DNA of 64,000 nt from the human T2T-CHM13v2.0 reference genome, Homo sapiens. How positions within the stretch are numbered: position 1 is the first letter of the stretch; each line of letters starts with the position of its first letter. The stretch is from NCBI RefSeq assembly GCF_009914755.1, contig NC_060936.1, one strand, 5' to 3'. Below are positions 59,469 through 64,000 of this stretch, piece by piece. The translations under genes and the position numbers were made by a program. The notes under the pieces are model-generated. The model had not been told where the DNA came from, did not search any database, and was given only the letters and a program-made list of their open reading frames with translations.

Positions 59469-60029
59469 TTATTTTATTTGAGGTGCATTCTAAAAAGGAA
59501 AAAGTACATGGAAGACCTGATAGTGAAGATTATTTAAATGCGATTTTATAAAATATACAAGGCTTAACAAAAATGACAGACTCAACATATTATTTACAAA
59601 AAATTTTTTGTAATTGAAAGCTTAGGATCTTCAAAATAAAAAACATACCTGGAAATACAACATAATATCTTGTCAATAAGTCAAAGAAATGTTTCCAAAG
59701 GAAAAATACATATGATTACTAATAATTTATAAGTTGTCAGCTACTATTAATGAAAGAGCCATATAATCACCTATTTAGTAGTGTATTAGGGGCAAAAAAG
59801 AAAATGGGTCATGCAACTGTCAAAAATTATTCTTCCAGAATGGATGAGATGGTACATAGGATTTTTTATGATAAAATGATAAATCAGCTGAAAAATTAAA
59901 AATTATACCTTTTAGTATCCCATAATATCTCATCAAATCTATACTATTACAGAACAATAACAGGCAGTGTTTTTGAATGCAATGACAGTATGGTACAGAT
60001 TTTGTGATTCAACTTAATGAAAGCACTGA

Positions 60030-60421
<392 letters not shown>

Positions 60422-60499
60422 TAAATTTTATTTTAGCCTCAACTGGATTAGATATCATCTCCTCGTTGGAAAAGTATATTGTTTATCGAACATTTTTTA

Positions 60500-61087
60500 A
60501 AAAAATTTTTAACTTTTATTTTAGGTTTGTGGGTACATGTGTAGGTTTGTTACATAGGTAAACGCGTGTCACGGGGGTTTGTTGTACATGTTATTTCACC
60601 ACCCAGGTATGAAGCCCAGTGCCCAGTAGTGATCTTTTCTGCTCCTCTCCCACCTCCCACCCTCTCCCCTCAAGTAGGTCCCAGTGCCTGTTGTTTCCTT
60701 CTTCGTGTTCAGAAGCTCTTATCATTTAGCTCCACATTGTAAGTGAGAATCTGTGGTATTTGGTTTTCTGTTCCTGTGTTAATTTGCTAAGAATAATGGC
60801 CTCCAGCTCCATCTATGTTCCGCCAAAAGGCATGATTCTCATCTCATTTGATAGCTGCATAGTCTTCCATGGTGTATATGTCCCACATTTTCTTTATCTA
60901 ATCTGTCATGGACGTGCATTTAAGTTGATTCCATGTGTTTGCTGTTGTGAAGAGTGCTGCAATGAACATTCGTGTGCATGTGTCTTTACGGTAGAATGAT
61001 TTGTATTCCTTTGGGTATATAGCCAGTAATGGGATTGCTGGGTCCAATGGTAGTTCTGTTTTTAGTTCTTTGAGGAATTGCCATACG
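60500..61087 (-). mobile_element. L1P-type 3' end
   Basis: gggtacatgtgtaggtttgttacataggtaaac...tttgggtatatagccagtaatgggattgctgggtc. Confidence 0.85.
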
Positions 61088-61731
61088 TTGAATATTACTT
61101 AAACTGAAAAAAATGTAAAGGAATTATGAGTGTGGACAACAAATACAACCAGAAAATCTGGCGGAATTAATAAATATTGTTAAAAAACTACTAACAGCCC
61201 TGGTTTATTCAACATAAGGCTTTGGCACCTAAAGAAATTTAACTGAACTTCATGGATTTATTGAAATCGAGATGCCAGTGGGCAAAACTTGTAGAAATAT
61301 TTTGTTCAGATATTGGAGCTGACATATCCACTTACCACACGTAGTCAAAGTCCTGGTTACCATGAGGAAAAATACTCAAAAATAAGATTTAGATTTTGTT
61401 AAACTGAAAAACTATCTCATCTGGCAAATATTTTTGAACATGGTATTTGGATAGTAAAAGTGCACATTTAGCTGATTTGGGGGCATTATTTTCCTTTTTT
61501 TTTTTTTTTTTTTTTTAAGACAAGGGTCTTGCTCTGTCACCTGGGCTGGAGTTCAGTGCTGCTATCAAAGCTCACTGCAGCCTGAAACTCCTGGGCTCAG
61601 GCATAACTGGAAATACAGGTGCACACCACCATGCTCAGCTAATATATTTTTTTTAATTAAAAAATTTTGGCTGGGTATGGTGGCTCATGCCTGTAATCCC
61701 AGCACTTTGGGAGGCCAAGGCTGATGGATCA

Positions 61732-62025
<294 letters not shown>

Positions 62026-62399
62026 CTACTAAAAATACAAAAATTAGCTGGGTGTGGTGGTGCACACCTGTAATCCCAGCTGCTCAGGAGGCTGAGCCAC
62101 GAGAATTGCTTGAACCCAGGAGGAGTCAGAGGTTGCAGCGAGCCAAGATCATGCCATTACACTCCAGCCTGGGTGACAGAGCAAGACTCTGTCTTAAAAA
62201 CAAAAACAATTAAAAAATTTTTCGTGAAGACAGAAATTCACTATGCCAGACTGGTCTTGAACACCTGGCATCAAGCAATCATTCCGCCTCGGCCTCCCAA
62301 ATTGCTGGGATTACAGGTGCGAGCCACTGCACTCAGCTGTACGATACATTTTAAAATGTTAAACACATTTAAGGAATCTAAAAGGCAGCAATTTTAAAA

Positions 62400-62770
62400 G
62401 GTGGCTGTAAGTATCACACATTCCTCCCACCGAGAGGTGGGGTCTATCTAATTCCTCTCCACTTGAATCTAGGCTGGCTTTAGTGACTCTCTTGTAACCA
62501 ATAAAATGTAGTGGGAGTGAGGATGCGTGAATTCCAAGGCTAGGTGAAAATTAGCCTTGCAGCTTCTGCTTTGATCTTTTGGAATACTTGGTCCAAAGGC
62601 TCTTCCTAGGACACAGCTGCTGTGTTCTGAAAACCCCAAGCTACATAAGGGACCACATATAGATTCTCTGGTCAATAGTACCAGCTGAGCCCAGCCTGCT
62701 AGCTATCCTTGACAAAGCACCAGGCACGTGAATGGAAAAGCCATCTGGGAAATTAATCCTCTTGTTCCAA
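62400..62770 (+). mobile_element. MLT1-type LTR fragment
   Basis: cctcccaccgagaggtggggtcta...cttgaatctaggctggc...gtgact...accaataaaatgtagtgggagtga signature. Confidence 0.6.
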
Positions 62771-63243
62771 TTCTTCAATTGAAACTCCACTGAGCAGAAT
62801 TTATGTTTATGTCTGTATGCAAGAATTATTCACATTGCTATCAGTTTTCCATATGTTGACTTATATTTCTACAGAGTTTTAAAATAGCCTAGTCAAAATC
62901 AAAGGCACATATCCCTATAGGATCAAATAATCCCAGAGGCACCAGCATTCCAATGAAGGGATGTTCATTCCTAAGTCTTAAAATTGTCCTTATAAAGGTC
63001 ATAATTATGCTGCTGTATGTTCCCAACATTGCTGCAACACATAGAAGAGAACATTATAAAATCAGTTTGAGAAATAAAATTCGAGATATTGCTACATCTC
63101 ATTTTTCTTTCAAAGTCACAATTATTACTTTTCAGAAGAAAATATGAAGCTTGAAAGAAAAGCATTTCAATAAAAGGTCTATTTTCTTTTCAAATCTCTG
63201 AATCAATAATTGAATTAAACCTGGTGAACAAAGAAGAGAATAA

Positions 63244-63423
<180 letters not shown>

Positions 63424-64000
63424 TAATTTATGTATTTTTTGTAGAGATGAGGGTTGCCATGTTGCCCAAGCTGGTCTTGAACTCCTGGGCTTAAGTGATC
63501 ACCTGCCTCGGCCTTCCAAAGTGCAGGGATCATAGGTGTGCCCCACCACGCCTGGCCTGTATTTAATTCTTATACTGAAGAATGATTTAAAGACATCATA
63601 TATATTATGTGGATTAAGATTGAAGAAAAATTTCAGTGCTACTATCATAACTGGTGTATTACTATTGTTAACAATTGCTACAGCCTATTTGTGTGAATTT
63701 TTAGGATTTCAACTTTGACTGGATTCTAAAAAGAAAAAAACTAGGTTGAACAATGTATCAGATGTACTTATTGCCTCAGGTAGTCCACAGAATGAATTTA
63801 TAAATGCTTTAGCATATCTGTCCACTACATAAAAATCATGTCTACATTTCTGTTTTGTGTTATTTTGGATTTTCATAATCTATATAAATATCAATAAAAT
63901 AATATGTGATATTAGCTTTGCTCTGCTTTTATTTTACATTGGTAGCAATGGTAAATATTATTTTGTGAAACGTTTGAGGGGTATGTGTATATATGTGTGT

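Overview
Human genomic DNA, recognisable from the translations as the GPRC5A/GPRC5D locus (chr12p13). GPRC5A (RAI3, + strand) contributes most of intron 1, coding exons 2-4 (357 aa when spliced) and a 3' UTR with alternative poly(A) signals. The long form of that UTR (~5.4 kb) contains the MIR614 hairpin, a strong CTCF motif, antisense-only Alus and a (UG)19 tract. Its paralog GPRC5D (- strand, tail-to-tail, stop codons ~28 kb apart) appears complete: a candidate non-coding exon 1 and promoter plus three coding exons (345 aa). The rest is repeat-rich: about 70 Alu/FLAM pieces, MIR, L2, L3/CR1, L1, solo LTRs (MER50-, MER39-, LTR47- and MLT1-like) and DNA transposons (MER5, MER45, MADE1, a fragmented Charlie/FAM200-like hAT transposase fossil). 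Most interesting: (1) both paralogs encode the AUG and whole 7TM core in one exon with a weak phase-1 G|GTACA donor, so exon-3 skipping, intron read-through with intronic poly(A), or Alu-assisted back-splicing would each swap only the C-terminal tail; (2) an intergenic MER50-like LTR has amplified a 39-bp NRF1-like unit fivefold next to a splice donor, a candidate copy-number-tuned promoter antisense to GPRC5D; (3) a TSD-flanked tailless retrocopy of a 5' tRNA-Ile half; (4) a strong-Kozak 124-codon ORF nested in GPRC5D. Repeat-family names are from pattern recall and need RepeatMasker/Dfam confirmation; repeat boundaries are approximate.
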